Origin: Alkalilimnicola ehrlichii MLHE-1
Lineage (GTDB): Bacteria; Pseudomonadota; Gammaproteobacteria; Nitrococcales; Halorhodospiraceae
Assembly (NCBI RefSeq): GCF_000014785.1
Contig: NC_008340.1
Coordinates: 1,740,001-1,772,000 of the forward strand
Length of the DNA: 32,000 bases
Direction: 5' to 3'
Both the position numbers and the translations under genes were made by a program. This document shows positions 30,259 to 32,000 of this stretch, piece by piece (the first letter of the stretch is position 1; the number at the start of each line of letters is the position of its first letter). The notes below the pieces were generated by a model that searched no databases, was not told where the DNA came from, and saw nothing but the letters and a program-made list of their open reading frames with translations.

Positions 30259-31952
30259 ATGGACGCCTCCTGGGGGGTCTCGGTATCGATGCTGAAGGCG
30301 TGGGTGCGGACGCGAGCGATGGCCGCCGCGGCGGCCTGCTGGCGCAGGTCCTCCTGCAGCCAGTTCAACTTCCGGCTCACGACCATCAACCGGGGTCGGG
30401 CCGGGGCATAGCCATGCTGCGCGAGGGTGATGAACAGCGGGGCGCCGTGCTCCGGCGTGAGCCGGTCCCGCGCGAACGCGAAGATCAGATCGGCCAGCGC
30501 CCGGTCACGTAGCCGGACGGCGAGTTGCAACACCGCCTGCACCGCGTCGTGGATCGCCCGGTTCATGTACCCCCGGCGGGTGATGCGGCGCAGTCCCTTG
30601 TCGATGGCCTGCGTCCAGTCGTCCGGCCAGTCGTCGCCACGGCCATGCCAGCGGCGCAGCGTCCAGGCCAGCCCGTGCAGGGTGTGCGGATCCCCCGGGC
30701 AGTGCAGCAACCGCCCGAAGCCCTCGCCCACCGGCTGATCCGCAACCGCCCGGTAGAGGGCCAGGTCAGAGGCCCGCCCCTCCAGCCAGAGATCGCTGTT
30801 GAAATCCCAGTGCCAGCGGTTGCCCGCCACCCGAAGGGCCTCGTCCATGTCGGGGGGCCGTTTCGGCTGGCTTCTGACCCGCAGGTGGAGCAGGCACCGC
30901 AGGCGCCAGAGCAGTTCCGGGTCATGCTCATCCAGTGCCTCCTCCAGCGCGCGCAGCGCGGAGAGGCGCTGGGCGCGGGTGCGCTCCAGCCACGTCCAGC
31001 CGTACAGGGTGGATAGCGCGTCGTCTCGATCTCGGTGGGTGCCGAGCAACTGCCGGACGCCGTTGGCCTCACTGCCATACCAGCCCAGGGCGCCGTTCAG
31101 GACCGGGAAATGGCCGTGGGTGGTGATGGCGTGCACGCCGCCCGGGACGTGCAGGTGGTTCACGCGGGGGCTGCGCTGGATGACCACCTCGACGGTCTCG
31201 GCGTGGACATCGAAGAAGCTACAGCGCTGGAACGTGAGGCGACGCCAGCCCCCCTTGGCATGCAGGATCGCACCGCGGTGGCCGCAGTCGGTCATGTGCA
31301 GCACGCCGTCCTCGTTGTATGCCTCGCTCAGGCCCGGGCAGGTGCGGAGCTGCACCCGCACGCCGGTCCTGGCGAGTCGGAGTCGGGCCAGCGCCTCGGC
31401 GTCGGTGGCGACCAGGTGGTCGAGCCGCCCCGACGCCTCCACGTGCACGTCGACCAGGCCCTGCGGCCGGTGCAGCCAGACCTGGCGCAGGGCCGGCGGC
31501 ACGGTCCAGGAGCGGGGCAGCGATGGTGAGAGGGCCACCCAGCCCTCCACCGGGCAATCCGGTGGCGAGGGTTGAATGGCGACACCGTTGAGAGGCCGGG
31601 CATGCCGTGGCGCCTGCACCTCAAAGGTACCCCCGGACCAGCAGCAATCCAGCCGCTCGACGGCCCCAAGGACGAGTAATTCGGGTCGGCCATCCCCGGC
31701 GTCCAGGTGCACGGTCGCCCCGGTGTCGCCCGCCGGCAAGCGGATCCATTCAAGACGGGCGCAATCCTGCAGGGTCAGGTGCAACCCGGGCGGACAATGC
31801 GCCAGATCCAGGCCGACAAGGTCGGGACTGCGGGCCACGTCCAGTGCCCGCAGATGGCCATGCGCTACCCGCACGCGGCCCGCCAAGTCGGTAAGGGTTG
31901 CACCGCCGCAGTGGTCCGGAATGACGTCGGGGTCTGATAGTGAATCAGTCAT
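30255..31952 (-). CDS. hypothetical protein, N-terminal LRR-like repeats plus C-terminal helical region, 565 aa
   Basis: First gene of the minus-strand operon, with RBS ggaggg upstream. The N-terminal half has Leu/Cys-spaced repeats (LRALDVARSPDLVGLDLAHCPPGLHLTLQDCARLEWIRLP). The C-terminal half is Trp/Arg/Leu-rich and helical. No catalytic motif recognised. Confidence 0.6.
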   Translation of the reverse strand: MTDSLSDPDVIPDHCGGATLTDLAGRVRVAHGHLRALDVARSPDLVGLDLAHCPPGLHLTLQDCARLEWIRLPAGDTGATVHLDAGDGRPELLVLGAVERLDCCWSGGTFEVQAPRHARPLNGVAIQPSPPDCPVEGWVALSPSLPRSWTVPPALRQVWLHRPQGLVDVHVEASGRLDHLVATDAEALARLRLARTGVRVQLRTCPGLSEAYNEDGVLHMTDCGHRGAILHAKGGWRRLTFQRCSFFDVHAETVEVVIQRSPRVNHLHVPGGVHAITTHGHFPVLNGALGWYGSEANGVRQLLGTHRDRDDALSTLYGWTWLERTRAQRLSALRALEEALDEHDPELLWRLRCLLHLRVRSQPKRPPDMDEALRVAGNRWHWDFNSDLWLEGRASDLALYRAVADQPVGEGFGRLLHCPGDPHTLHGLAWTLRRWHGRGDDWPDDWTQAIDKGLRRITRRGYMNRAIHDAVQAVLQLAVRLRDRALADLIFAFARDRLTPEHGAPLFITLAQHGYAPARPRLMVVSRKLNWLQEDLRQQAAAAAIARVRTHAFSIDTETPQEASI

Positions 31953-32000
31953 TCGGTTGCCCTCCTCTGCCGGGTTTGCCGCCAGTGTCGACCGGCCGTG

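Overview
High-GC (about 62-68%) proteobacterial chromosomal segment. Positions 1-2233 look like core genome: mogA, a small hypothetical gene, an alpha/beta hydrolase, and the native terminator of a tRNA gene. At 2234-2278 only the 3' ~45 nt of a tRNA-Val-like gene is present. From there to the right edge the window reads as a genomic island of at least 29.7 kb.

The island contains:
- a 5'-truncated tyrosine integrase;
- a symmetric nest of insertion sequences, with two identical inverted IS3-family copies directly abutting an IS21-family element;
- an IS66-family element inserted into a second type of IS3-like element.

Next comes a 13.8-kb, six-gene, tightly coupled operon at 12015-25812. 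It encodes an RHH regulator, an SNF2 helicase, a 1077-aa beta-class N6/N4 DNA methyltransferase, a PHP-domain/SMC-like ABC ATPase, an AlbA_2/HATPase protein, and a 1104-aa SF2 helicase with a PD-(D/E)xK nuclease motif. This operon is the strongest candidate for an unusual composite anti-phage system.

It is followed by mobile debris: a group II intron 3' remnant fused to an inverted partial copy of the IS3-like orfA. After that comes a five-gene minus-strand operon. In it, a high-GC unit (LRR-like protein, MoxR AAA+ ATPase, VWA/HExxH protein) is joined to a low-GC (about 40-48%) pair encoding a polytopic membrane protein and a coiled-coil lipoprotein.

No CRISPR array, no rRNA and no intact tRNA were seen. 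All family assignments come from motif recognition by eye. No database search was run.
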